A stretch of 64,000 nucleotides of DNA from assembly GCF_964355755.1 (NCBI RefSeq), contig NC_092675.1, forward strand, positions 16,030,912 through 16,094,911, in the 5' to 3' direction. Of this stretch, positions 13,401-25,500 are shown one piece after another. Position 1 is the stretch's first letter. The number at the start of each line of letters is the position of its first letter. This DNA comes from Antedon mediterranea (lineage: Eukaryota; Animalia; Echinodermata). Position numbers and translations under genes: made by a program. The notes below the pieces were generated by a model. It made no database searches and had not been told where the DNA came from. It worked only from the letters and a program-made list of their open reading frames with translations.

Positions 13401-14870
13401 ATATTCCAAGTTTCCTGGACTTTCTGCATTCTCACTCCTGAGGACGATCAAAGCATATTGATCAAAACGTCGAGAAACTCAACAGTTCTTTTCAACTAAT
13501 ATACGTGGTGTACCGCAAACTTTGATTTCGCCATGCAAACCTTTGAACAATATAGATCGGATGAGTCATTTAAAATCCATGCCAGTAGAGGGTGACATAC
13601 TGTACATGTACAGTATATAACATTAGTGCTAATTTTAGAAAATAATTTTCTCATGATGTAAACTCAAAAGGTGTACTCAATTGGGTTGTTTTGAGCAGAA
13701 AATCAACAGTTGAAAATGCCTAAAGGGTCATTTTTGTACCTTTATAAAAACATCAAAGTAGCCTTTTGAATGTAAAGAGCTGACAGGGGTGTACTGCCTG
13801 GTAATGCTCCGCCCTTCATATGTGCCCCTGGAAAATATAAAATACAACTAAAATCTTAATCAAAGCACTCGAAAAGTGAGTGAAGTACTTGGCAAAATCA
13901 GGGAAAAACTATATTCGGGGAGAGAGTGCTCCATGTTAAAAGAATACAGAGGGTGTGATATTTAATATCTCATATGAAAAATAAACAAATAAGTCAGATT
14001 TTAATATAAGCTTTTGTGATATAACAAATATAATCAATTTTCCTGAAAATTAATAGGCATGTTCTGTAAGTATATACACTCCTATAACAAATAAACATTC
14101 AGGACGATAACTTAAAATTATGGATGCTATTATGCTAACAAACAAAGCAAGTACTGTACTATACTAAAAGCAAAATGCTATTTTGCCAAGTAATAAGTAT
14201 TTAAATAAAATACTATATACAGTAATAGCTTATACAGATTCGGGAGGCCAATCCTGCTTTATTTAAGCCCACTACCATCACTAACCTCAATTTCAAAATC
14301 CTGGAATCGCCTCTGAATATTCCTCGTTGCTATTGCTATACATACTGGCATTATTATACAAATTGCTATTAATTATTATTAAATACGCATTATTATCATA
14401 CACATTGCCATTACTATACACAATATGCCTACTTTACCTTAAGACAACATGTTGTCCTACAGACAGATGTAAGCTTCCACCATTTGGTATCTTAAATCTG
14501 TAAAGATTTGTATCGCCAGATACAGCTGTGATTTTGATGAGTTCAAAGGTAGTGAATGAAGAGGGGGTTAGTACAGGTGAATTATTTATCTAAAAAAAAA
14601 GAAAAAATGTCTCTAAGATGCTATTTGATAACTAATTTAAATATTAAAAATTACTTTTTTTTATCTAATACTTACTGCGACAACACTGTGTCTGCCTTGG
14701 TGATTTTCATAGCAGTGCCGTTTCCAGTTTTGTAAGTCTTCGTCATAAAGATCGAAAACACACGGTGTGCAGCCGGTTCCGCAACAATATCTCTGTAAAG
14801 GTTCAGTGGGCTTATCAACTTGGCATTCTTCGCATACAGGGCTTACATCAGGGTACAGTGATGGGTCCAT
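7450..14870 (-). CDS. CYB5RL: NADH-cytochrome b5 reductase-like protein, 6 coding exons: 14870-14676, 14589-14438, 13827-13740, 9818-9714, 8362-8159, 7650-7450
   Basis: N-terminal Oxidored-like motif KPTEP..CCGTGCTPCVFDLY; FAD-binding RQYTPVS and GPMSQYI; NAD-binding LLAAGTGLAPMLQ; C-terminal LICGTKSF...YFKF*. All introns are GT-AG with consistent phases. Confidence 0.9.
7989..8126. mobile_element. Harbinger-like MITE (TIR AGCTCTGTCTACACTATCAAA); further copies at ~23346-23412, ~28545-28652, ~44370-44452, ~55308-55451, ~59836-59969
   Basis: Short multi-copy element with terminal inverted repeats, TAA/TTA flanks and a shared core TGTGATGTGCCC...ATCACTACCATATTTGGGCACATCAC. Confidence 0.65.
9903..10224. 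mobile_element. Kolobok-like MITE (TTAA-flanked, TIR AGATGTATTGTCCC); other copies at 25844-26447, 44819-45167, interrupted copy ~24246-25045, partial copy ~8700-8888
   Basis: TTAA on both sides, purine-purine termini, and internal sequence shared between copies. Confidence 0.65.
10497..11395 (-). mobile_element. Helentron/HINE-like non-autonomous element, related to 31630-33092
   Basis: On the reverse strand the end reads TTATCCGCAAC....GTTGCGGATCCCTTGTGATTGTCAGGATC, matching 31680-31720; GATGACGTCA-rich interior shared between the two. Confidence 0.45.
12700..13260 (-). mobile_element. LINE (CR1/L2-like) ORF2 AP-endonuclease fragment
   Basis: Collapsing the minisatellite gives SWFKTDTESFSHIDGFTCIRADRTVNACKDGGGGVCSYIN, matching the W...I.G[FY]...R.DR...GGGV..YI motif of LINE endonucleases. 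Confidence 0.65.
12743..13193. repeat. 41-bp minisatellite, ~11 near-identical copies
   Basis: Unit CTCTCCTCCCCCATCTTTGCATGCATTCACTGTCCTGTCTG; unit starts at 12781, 12822 and onward. Confidence 0.95.
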
Positions 14871-15407
14871 TGAAGATTATCTAAAACAGTAAAAAATATA
14901 AAAAAAATCATTAATAAAATTAATATATGTGTAAGGAGGGAGATTTGACGCCGGTATTGAATATAAACGCAGGATAAATAATAATTTATATTATAGGTCC
15001 ATGATTATATTACAAAACTATTAAATTTCAATGAAAAAAAAACAAACATACAGCTTACATCATTATTACCCATTGTAATTAATTGTTACCCATTGCGATA
15101 ATACTTATTATATCTTACCAATAAAGGGTTAGTCCAATATTTATAAAAGACTGGGAAGCATATTATTTCTTATCATTATTAGTCTGTTGAACTGGAACAA
15201 GTCTTGGTTTTGTATTTTCATATGACATGTCAAGTTGTAAACATGTCCACCACGACATGCCTTCCTTCACTGCAAATTTGGTTGAATTTTCATCGTTTGT
15301 TTGCTTTCTTTTTTGTGCTGCAAAAAAAAAGTATAGGGCTATAAATAAATAATATATAAAACACTTTAATTTTGCTTTAGATTTTGTTTTAATAGCATAT
15401 TAAAATA

Positions 15408-15512
15408 ATAAATAAGGCCCTATACCTAGACGTCTAATAAATAAGGCCCTACCTAGACGTCTAATAAATAAGGCCCTACCTAGACGTCTAATAAATAAGG
15501 CCCTACCTAGAC
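15408..15512. repeat. 27-bp tandem repeat, ~4 copies
   Basis: Unit TAATAAATAAGGCCCTACCTAGACGTC. Confidence 0.9.
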
Positions 15513-15556
15513 CTTATTTTTGTAAAGGGGAGACCATAAAGAATCTAAATATACTA

Positions 15557-16206
15557 ATTTACCTCCGCCAAGGAGGTATATGTAATCGGTAGCGTGTGTT
15601 AGTTTGTTAGCAGGATTACTCAAAAAGTAATTACAAGATCTTTACCAAAATGAGGAGACAGATAGATATGTGGTCAAGGACCATTCCATTAAATTTTGGG
15701 ACCATTTGGGACCACAGTCCCAATTCTGGACCACTTTTTAGCATACTTTTTTAGACCTGCTAGTGTTAAAAGATAGGACAGAATTTTTCAAAAGCCGGCG
15801 AGCAGTCTTAAAGTAACAAGTAAACTGAAATTGCATTTTCTCGAGAACTACTCGTCCAAAAAACTTCATTTTTGAACAAGAGGCAAGAGTTATAATTTGT
15901 GATTTGTAATTTTGAAACATAATTTGATTTAATGTGCACGTTTTTTGATGCGAGTAGTTTAAAAAACCTATTTCTTTTCAAATTCACTCGTTTGATTTTC
16001 GCGTTGCTGTTCTATTGTTAGTCAACTGAAGCTATTGTTAATTGAAAGGCTTGTTACATTTTTTTTACGCACAAAAATTGGAAGAGGTAGGATTTAAAAT
16101 TCCATTTTTTTGGATGAACTGAGATGGAATGACCCCTACGTTAGAAATGAGCTAACAATTCGCTAATACAAAGGTCGAGCCGTCTGTGTAGTCGAGTGTT
16201 TTCTAG
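15557..16206 (+). mobile_element. HINE/Helentron-like element; related shorter inverted copy at ~56862-57060
   Basis: 5' TTTACCTCCGCCAAGGAGGT hairpin followed by GTTTGTTAGCAGGATTACTCAAAAAG; 3' end GAGTGTTTTCTAG. Confidence 0.55.
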
Positions 16207-16349
16207 AGGGTTAGGCTTAGTTATATTTAGGAACTTAACTATCTTTCACATAAAGGGCCCCAACTTCTATACGAAATAAAAAATCGCTTCCCGGCCCCTG
16301 ACAAATTGTTTTTTTAAACAAACTGTCTACAATACAATTCGGAACTACT

Positions 16350-16860
16350 TACGGCCATTGATTTTTTTACTTTGAAATATCTGTAAGCTACAAAATGAAA
16401 GCAATACTAGATTTGGGTGCGCCTCGGAAAGTGACAGAGATTTGAATGATAAAATATCGAATTAAGATTTGATTACGGACTCTTCTTTTTTTATTGTTCA
16501 TACTTTTTTTTTCATGTGTTTTTTTTTTCACTTTTTTTGTGTGTATTTGTTGGTATCTTTTTTGCTAGTTTTGTAATTACATTACATTGTGGTTTAGTTT
16601 TGATTTTTAGCTTTAAACGGTGATACTTAATTATTACACATGTCGCGGAATGAACTCGAACCTACTAAGCATTGATATCAATGGTCACGGCGATTTGCTC
16701 ACTGAGCCAAACCGTGATTTACAAAATACATTCTGTTCCAAGGATAGGTGTAATTAATTAAAACTTCAACGGCGCGATCATCTGATATGGTTGACTAAAG
16801 ACTGTTTATTTAGCGGCCCGGCATGGTATTTGTAGATCCGGCCATGGCGGTACACAACAG
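16350..16860 (-). mobile_element. Fragment of Helitron-like family 2 carrying a tRNA/SINE-like A-box/B-box segment
   Basis: Same-strand match to ~37170-37790. The reverse strand contains TGGCTCAGTGAG...GGTTCGAGT. Confidence 0.55.
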
Positions 16861-18644
16861 AGGAGGTTGCGTAGTTTATACAGTGACGTAACATGGTCGC
16901 TGAGACGTCAAATTACTGCTATTTTTTCCCTTTTTTTAGTGTTTATTCTTCAAATTCAGGAAAGTGACATAGCCTATCGTGTGCGGCCCATCAATAAACA
17001 TCAGTGTGCCAAATGTGAGTACGTACCTTTCAGTGGTTTTGGAGGAGATACGTAAAATTACGCAAAAAATTTAGGACCCAAACCCTATGGCAACATTTAA
17101 AATGACTAAATTGTTTTATTCACTATTTAAAATATGGCAGATAAGTATCATTATGAATCCATTAATATAAAGAAAAAGTGGTTTTATAATAGAGGTCATA
17201 GTGAAGAATATATTATTGAGACTGGACCGGTTCATCCGTTGTAAGAAAACAACCAGCTGTCAATATGTAATTTTGGTTGCATCCTAAGGAAACTTTTTTT
17301 TTTTTAGGTTCCGATCGACGACTGGCAATCTCTGTCGGAAGCGAGGTCACCTAGTATGAAAAAAACTCAAAGTTCTCCCACATGCCAAACCTAAAAACCT
17401 AAACGTTATCTGAAAGAAAAGTCATCTACACGTCGACAACCACAGGTAAGGGTTACTGGAATATTCATTTATCTGTTCAACATGTATTTTAACCGCCATG
17501 ACAACTATAAAATGAACCAAAAATATTAGTAAAACACGACTTTAAATTTTTTGATCTATCGAACAACATAAACGAATGCATAGAATGTCATCAACTTGTA
17601 ACGCAACGTTAACATTTTCTTTATGCTTCATTTATCGCTATTATCGCAGTCGTGTGACAAAAACTAAATGTAGCCTATGTCTATAATTATTGAAAAGGCA
17701 AAACATGTTGATTTTAATTCTAGAATACAGAAAACCGTTTCAAAAGACTACGTACTATAACCTATAGCCTCATTATGAGTTTGTTTGTGTAGGGAAAGCT
17801 GGGGCCAGCTGCATGTGTGCGCTGATTTTATGTGACTCAGCCCTGGGGCTACTGTCTAAATCATAGTATTTGAGGGCCCCTTTATTGTCCTCATTTGCTT
17901 GTTGTTTATGGTCACCATCTGTAAACAAAGTTTAATCAAAAATATACTGTAGGCCTAAATAGGCCATTTGGCATAAAATAAAACTCTCATATATATAGTA
18001 GTAACTATGGATGAATGAACTAGACGCACACAGTTTCCAACATTGATTATAATACTACTACTGTATGTTGTATAATGAAATAAATATTTGAGATTGAGTG
18101 CATGATTTAAACACTTTATGTAACGTCCACCAAGCACATTAGACTTCTGGATTCAACATTGCTACATGTAGGTCTAGCCCCGAGTCACATATCAGCGCAC
18201 ACGTCCATGCAGCTAGCCTGGCGCCGTCGATAGGCATTCTCTACAGACACGATATGAACAAAAATCCAAAGTCACACACGTACCAGCACCCCATTGGCTC
18301 ATTATGACAAAATGCAATTTTACTGTACCTTTAACAAACGGAAGTTAGGATACGGTGGTACACCGTATCTTTAGCTACGGCGTTCATTAATGGCCACCCC
18401 ATGTGGTCGATACTACAATGGGCCCGATCCTCTAATTATATTTGCCAGATCGTCTAAAGGCCAATTCAGACAGCGTCGTACATTGAGACATCTTGTCTGG
18501 ACTCGTCCGTGCTGTCTGTTGAGCCCGAAAATCCACAAAGTTGGGCCTGAACGTCTACAAAGTTGGGCCTGAACGTCCACACGTGTTTGTACCCGATCTT
18601 CTTTAAAAAGCCTGATCATCTGTCAATCACACATTAATTGGGAC

Positions 18645-20052
18645 GGTGTCAGATGAAATCTGTTGCGTCTGAAATCGGTCGCGTTTGAAATCGGTCGCGA
18701 TAAAATCAACTTCCGGTATTTTGTATGGCGCGCCGTAGAGCTATACGTTTGATGATATCGGTCATGTTTGAAATCGGTCGCGTTTGAAATCGGTCGCGCT
18801 ATTTTGCATGGGACGCACTACATAGATTTTTAATGAAAACGCTAATTATGTTTTTAGTTAATTTTGAATATAGAATTTCTAATACTATTAACATTTTTTT
18901 TATCTCGATCGTTATTATTTTTTAAGTACAGTAAATAGGCCTATGAATATTTATATCATTATTTATAAATAATTTGTGTTTTCATTTTATCTTACAGGTG
19001 TCAATGAATAATTGTAATGTGTTCGTTTAGAAAATCGTTAGAAAAGTTTTTGAAAAGATTAGCATGCCACTGTTTAAAGTTTTGAAAATTTTGAAATAAT
19101 TTAATATTAAACAGGTAGACGCGCCTATTATGCAATAAAGGAAGATGATGTATGACAATGATTTTTACGTTCGATATCTGCCACTCTTACATGAGCATGG
19201 TTTTAGGATAATACTAATAAAATAATATGCCATTATAAATCAATCTACCGGGCCTATACAGTAGGACTATGATGTACAATGATTGGCCTAGATGTGGGAA
19301 TAATATTGATAGATAATAAAGGTAGACACGATTCTCAAAGAGGTAATCTTGCACTGATATTTAAACATTTAGATTTACGAACGACGTACGATTGTGAGAC
19401 ACTGAGTGGTACTTAATTATTTACATTAAATGATTATTATAAAAGAAGAAATAAAAGATATTCAAATTAAAAACTATAGTATCGCCGACGTATATACGTA
19501 AATTATATACATCGTTTCACCATGGAACTAGGTTTCACAAAAACACGTGCAGGAGGCCTATAGAGGTTTCAAACGTATGGTTATTAGTAATAGGCCTATA
19601 CGTCATCTTTACCTGGCCATGGACAACGATCGTACATGTTTTGTCCATGATTTGACACACTACTAGTGCATGTTTTTTTTTAAAGGGAATAAAATATTTA
19701 AACGTGTTTAGAAATGGCCATTTTGAAATAACACAGTCCTTCTCCGAGACCTGTGAAATAAAAAAAAAATGATTGATAATAAACATTTATTAACCAAAAT
19801 AAAAAATATCCACATAATTAATCTAGTTTCTACATAAAAAATTTCAATTAAATCTTGACTAAACGAAGAAAATGTATATCCCGCTAGCATGTATCTCGCT
19901 CCATACAAAATAGCGCGACCGATTTAAAACGCGACCGATATCATCAGACGTATAGCTCTAGCGGCGCGCCATACAAAATACCGGAAGTTGATTTTATCGT
20001 GACCAATTTCAAACGCGACCGATTTCAGACGCAACCGATTTCATCGTAAACC
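18645..20052. mobile_element. Foldback-type non-autonomous DNA transposon (family 1), ~150-bp TIRs with internal GAAATCGGTCGCG repeats
   Basis: Termini GGTGTCAGATGAAATC and GATTTCATCGTAAACC; 8-bp TSD ATTGGGAC at 18637-18644 and 20053-20060. Confidence 0.85.
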
Positions 20053-20166
20053 ATTGGGACAGGCTTTCACTGCAGACACTCTCTAGCTATACTGTAGGCT
20101 AGTAGGGCCACGCCTGGCCCTAGGCTAGGCTCTAGCCTAGTTAATTAGTAGTAGGCCGGCCTAGCC

Positions 20167-22073
20167 GGGATCCAGTCAAGTCGCCCCATCGCAAAGTCGC
20201 CCCATACAAAGTCGCCCAATACAAAGTCGCCCCATCGCAAAGTCGCCCCAAAACAAAGTCGCCCCGGCACAGTCGCCCCATCTCAAAGTCGCCCCATTAC
20301 AAAGTCGCCCCATCGCAAATTCGCCCCATCGCAAAGTCGCCCCAACGCAAAGTCGCCCAATCGCAAAGTCGCCCACGGTTTTAATCATATCGGTTGCGTT
20401 TGATATCGATTGCGTTGTTACTTTGGTCGCGCTAAATGTCGTATACATTAATGTTTATCCTATTATATACATAATATGTGTTTTAATTTGTATTTTACAG
20501 GTTTTAATGGAGTGATGTGCTTTTTAAAAATCATTAAAAAAATAGTCCCTTGTTTGAAAGTTTTAAAAAGATTATCCCTGATTTATAGTTTCGAAAATGT
20601 TAATTTAATATGATTTTAAAATTAGTTACCAGAGCCACAATTACAATTTCTTCAACCTACGCGATACCAGCTCATTTTTTAGGATAATAGCCTATAATAA
20701 ATGTATAAATGTGTAGTAGGCCTTCGTATAGATTTACAGTAGTTAAAACAATAACAGTGTTGTAAGACGAGTGTTATAGGCTACTTATTGATCATTTTGC
20801 ATTTATTGACAAGTTATGTGTCTTAATTTTATAATGACTTTTCAAAATGAAGAAAAAAAGGGGATTTCATCGCCGATATGATTGTTTTACATGCAGGTAT
20901 TAGTAAAATTAAAACGCGACATTTTGAACATGGAAAAACCATCGTACAGTATCGTGTGCGTGTTTTTTAAAAAGGGGAATCCCCGACGGTCAGCAGAAAG
21001 ACGTAGCAGCTGTGAGGAAACAGATACCAGAAGGCGCAGCTCCGATTGGATTCAGAGAATGTTTCAGATGGCGAGTCGCCTTTTATTCAACAGCACAATG
21101 ATCATTTTACTGAAGAAATTTATTTCAATCCTTTTGGTTATAGAACATTCTAATTATAATGCCTAATAAATATCCTCATATCAGGTGTTTATTTAATTTT
21201 AAATTAAACAAGACAGTGAAGAGGCACGGAATAATACGTACACGGTTTACGTAATTTGTTGCATATAAAATAAAAGACACAGACGTAGCCTACGTTTCCT
21301 ATAAAATATTTCACATTTAAATAATTATGTACTGTTAAATGACATTATGCTGGATAATACTATATCTTAAACTATGTTTACAAATTGTCATTTTTTAAGC
21401 CACACATCTTTCTCATCATAGGCCTACTGACCTGTAAAATAAAAACAAAAATCAATTATTAATATAGGCCTAATAATAATAATAAATATTCATCGAACAA
21501 AGTAAAAATAATCTAGATCGTATAACATCATTTTATCGCGACCGATTTCGAACGCGACTGATGATATCATCGTAAAACTCCGGCGGGGTTTCCCCATCTT
21601 CAGATGGTGCGTTGTAGAGTGCGACAACGGCAACGGCGGAGTAATTACGGGGGTTTCCCTCTGGTAAGCTAGCACGTTAGAGTGCGACCGCGGAGTGCGA
21701 CCGAGTGATTAGTCGGGGGCTTCCTCTCTGATATGGGGGTGCGTGCCGATCGTGTGACCTGAGACTACATGGCGGGGCTTCCCCTTTTTATGCCTACACG
21801 TTCTGTGTTATTTTGTGTATCATTGCAACATTTTACGCACTTGTAAACTATTTTTTAACGTTTTGGGGCGACTTTGCGTTGGGGCGACTTTGTGATAGGG
21901 CGACTTTGCGATGGAGCGACTTTGCGTTGGGGCGACTTTGCGATAGGGCGACTTTGCGATAGGGCGACTGTGTCGGGGCGACTTTGTTTTGGGGCGACTT
22001 TGCGATGGGGCGACTGTGTAAGGGGCGACTTTGTATGGGGCGACTTTGCGATGGGGCGACTTGACTAGCATCC
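20167..22073. mobile_element. MULE/foldback-like composite element whose TIRs are arrays of 16-17-bp CAAAGTCGCCCC repeats; encloses a decayed family-1 copy (~20377-21580)
   Basis: Repeat arrays 20176-20375 and 21862-22066 are mutually inverted; 9-bp TSD GGCCTAGCC at 20158-20166 and 22074-22082. Confidence 0.85.
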
Positions 22074-22589
22074 GGCCTAGCCTAGGGCGGGATCCGCCTA
22101 GGGCCTAGCTAGGCCCTAACCTAGGGCCAGGCCTGTAGTAGTAGCTAGCTTTCAAATAATGTAGCCTAACCTAGCTAGGCGGCAGCTAGTAGGCCCGGAT
22201 GTCCCGTAGGCCCTAGCCTAGATAGGCTAGTTTAGTTAGGTCTCCAATTAGGCCAGATAAACGATTACATCATTCTTATTGTATTACCTGTTCTAGTTGT
22301 ATCCATTAGATTTACCACATCACCAGAATAATTAAACAATCTTGGACATTTACTAGCAAGGCCTATAATACTATTCTAGGATAGGAAAAGAAACAACAAA
22401 CCCCACAACATTTAATAATAAAAGGAAGACCTTATTAGGGAAATTTTAATCTCGCGCCCTCTCTATTTCCAATGTCTTACGTCATGGAGATGGTAAACAA
22501 TACATTTATTTTGGATCTGACGGACAGATTTTAGGACGTAACATTTTTAAGATGTTCCTTTTTTGTAATTTATAAATACGTTTAAAAAG

Positions 22590-25500
22590 ATGGGTTCAGC
22601 TGCAACTAAAGGACCAGTTATAGGAATGCCACTCAGTCCACGTGTGGATTTTGTTGAAAAACAAGCTAAAAAGGGAGAAACGGTTAGGCCCCTATTTTAC
22701 CTTTTATTTTTACTAGTATGCCTTGCATTATAAGTACATACTTTACGATTACGCCTATACTATAGTAAGCCGCTACTACCTTTCGCCACTACATGAGTGA
22801 GTCTAAGCCTTGCTTAATAAAAATTAATAAGGACTATGATTGTGATTTGAAGATTTATCTGCAACATTCCGGATTGATCTAACTTTCCTTTTTAGATATT
22901 AATATTGTATAAACAAGAATTAGAATAGTTTTTAGTACATGCATGTTGTGACTTTTGTGTGCGAGTATTAATAATTAATAATCATTTCATATTTTATCTT
23001 GTTTCAGCCAATGGTTATTGATGCCCCAGCATTGCTAGATTTGGGCCATGGTACCGTCCGATATCGACAAGGAGAAGAAAATAACAAAAATAGAGTCATA
23101 ATTAGTGATCCACAAAATAAGAAAGGTTACTTTTACCATGCCCGCCTTGATGATTACAGTGAAGGTGAATATAAATATCTATTTTTACATATTTCATTCA
23201 TTTCATTTCTCTTTATTTAGGACTTCATATCCACAGAGTAAACAGTATGTAATAAACAAAGGTAACTCAGAAATCTGACAACAGTTTACATTTAGGTTGA
23301 CATAAAATAATGTACGCCATGAAACAGTTTTAGATAATGGCTATAAAGCTCTGTGTACATTATCAAAGTTTATGTGACAAAAACATGTGTTTAATAGTGT
23401 AGACAGAGCTTTACATGCATTTTATTAAAATATATATACTGGCAAGAAGAAAATTTAAACATTAATATACTGAAATGAATTCATTTAGAAATATATTACA
23501 TGTATTGAATTAATTCTCTCAATATCTATAAAACTGTGATAAGTATTAATTGAATTTAATGTACAATCCTAAATGCTTGTTTTCATTATTTCAGCTGCAA
23601 GTGTAAAAAATGAAGACAAATTTAAGTTTAAATACATTAACAAAGCTCCACTTAAGGCAAAAGACAAAAAGCTATACTACTGTTACGGAATCGGCATGAA
23701 ATCAACTGATGGAAGATTGTTAGCCAAGGCCCAGTACAAACCAAAGGGAAAGGGGTACATTTGGCCTAGCTCATACAGGAAATCAAATCATATGTATTAC
23801 AATCTATCATTTGTACCACAAGGTAATCAATTGGCCAACACTTTACTACCGGCCACGGTATATAGGCATTGACAGGTTGTTTGAATCAACAAGGAAAGTT
23901 GTTTGAATGTGGCAAGTGATTCAGAAATATGCCCGTTTGAGTGGAGGAAGTTCCAAATTAGGTCTGACCAGTTATTTTTAATTTATATACCAATACATTC
24001 GTTTTGTTTTAATTATATCTCTGTTTTCACAAACTAATGTGTAATTTTTACTTTCATTGACTAGACAATGAGCTCTCAGATTCAGATGATGAAACTGAAG
24101 ATGTGATGGAGAGTAAAGTTGATGCAAACAAAATGAGGTGTGGTAACTCTTTATATTGATTTGTATTACTTTTAAATAAATAATGTGTGTGATGCCTTCT
24201 TTTTTGTTGGAGCAATAGTTAGAGAGCATTCAGTAGTTTAGTTAAAGATATATTGCCTCCTGAAAAAAAATGTTTTGTTGAATATGTTATTTTAATGTTA
24301 CAAAATAGTTATTCACTTTGCCAAAAAAAAATATTATATATTCAAATCTCTGAGACTTTTTCTCATTCTCACAGATTTCTTCATCTTATCGTTTCAAATT
24401 AATTAATTAAATTTCAGTATATCGCCGGGCTGTTTAGAATTAATGCTCTTTGCCTGTTGTGTTTATAAACACAGCAGGCAAAGAACATTAATTCTAAACC
24501 GCCTGGTGATATACTGAAATTTAATTAATTAATTTGAAACGATAAAGATGAGGAAATCTGTGAGAATGAGAAAAAGTCGCCCCAACCGAGACTCGAACTC
24601 GGACCGCCTGCTTGATATGCAGATGTCCTAACCATTAGACCACTGGGGCTTTCATGGTATTGTTCGAACTCGATTGGATTATATTATATTATTATATATA
24701 TATATATATATAAATCCAAAGGCAAATTACTGAAAAAAAATGACAATGCTGTGGGTATCAGTGGCTGGATCTCAATGGAGATACAAAAAAAAAAGTGAAA
24801 AGCTAAATCAAAATGATAAAGTAAACAGCCAGAAAAGTTAGCAGAGCTTTCAGGCAACACTAGCCCTTCATCAGTTGCAAGTGAGGGAATATATTATATA
24901 TATATATAAACACATTAGGCAATGAACAATATATATATATTATATGAAAAAAATTGTAAATAAAAGCAAAATTGACTGGAAGTCAATGGGATTTTGGTTT
25001 AATTTTATTTTGTCTTTTATAAGTGAAAACATTATTTTTAAATTACATTTTTTTTCTTAGCTTCAAGTTGAAAAGTGCAGATAATGTGGAAACCTTAAAG
25101 AAGAGAGTTGCTGTTAGACTTATTATGCCTGTCTCCAACATACATGTCAGCTTTGGAGATAGTGAACTTGTGTAAGTTATGCAATTTATGTTATAAAGAT
25201 AATATTAAAGGATGTACTGTCTGAAATTCGGACAAATGGCCGAGCGGTAAGGCAGGGGTGCCAGTTACCATACCTAAAGAGCCAACAATATCAGTATGGG
25301 TTCGAGGCTGACTGTCTCCTAGTTGGTGGTGGATAAGGACTATAAATTGTAGGTCCAGTGTACACAGTTTGTCCATGTGCACTTTAAAGAACCCAGTTCA
25401 TTATTCGAGACAAGTAGGGGATGAACTGGTTCACAAAATAGCACTTGTTCAGGGGGGATTACCACCTATCTGATAGGACAGTGATTAATTTGTGACTATT

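Noticed and set aside
20176-20375. CRISPR-like array of short repeats (also 21862-22066 and 42415-42492)
   Set aside because: Units are 16-17 bp with no unique spacers, occur as inverted pairs (with a TSD for the first pair), and there are no cas genes. They are transposon TIR arrays.
24578-24649. Functional tRNA-Asp gene
   Set aside because: Atypical ATC anticodon with A32, and flanks shared with a more degenerate second copy; treated as repeat-derived.
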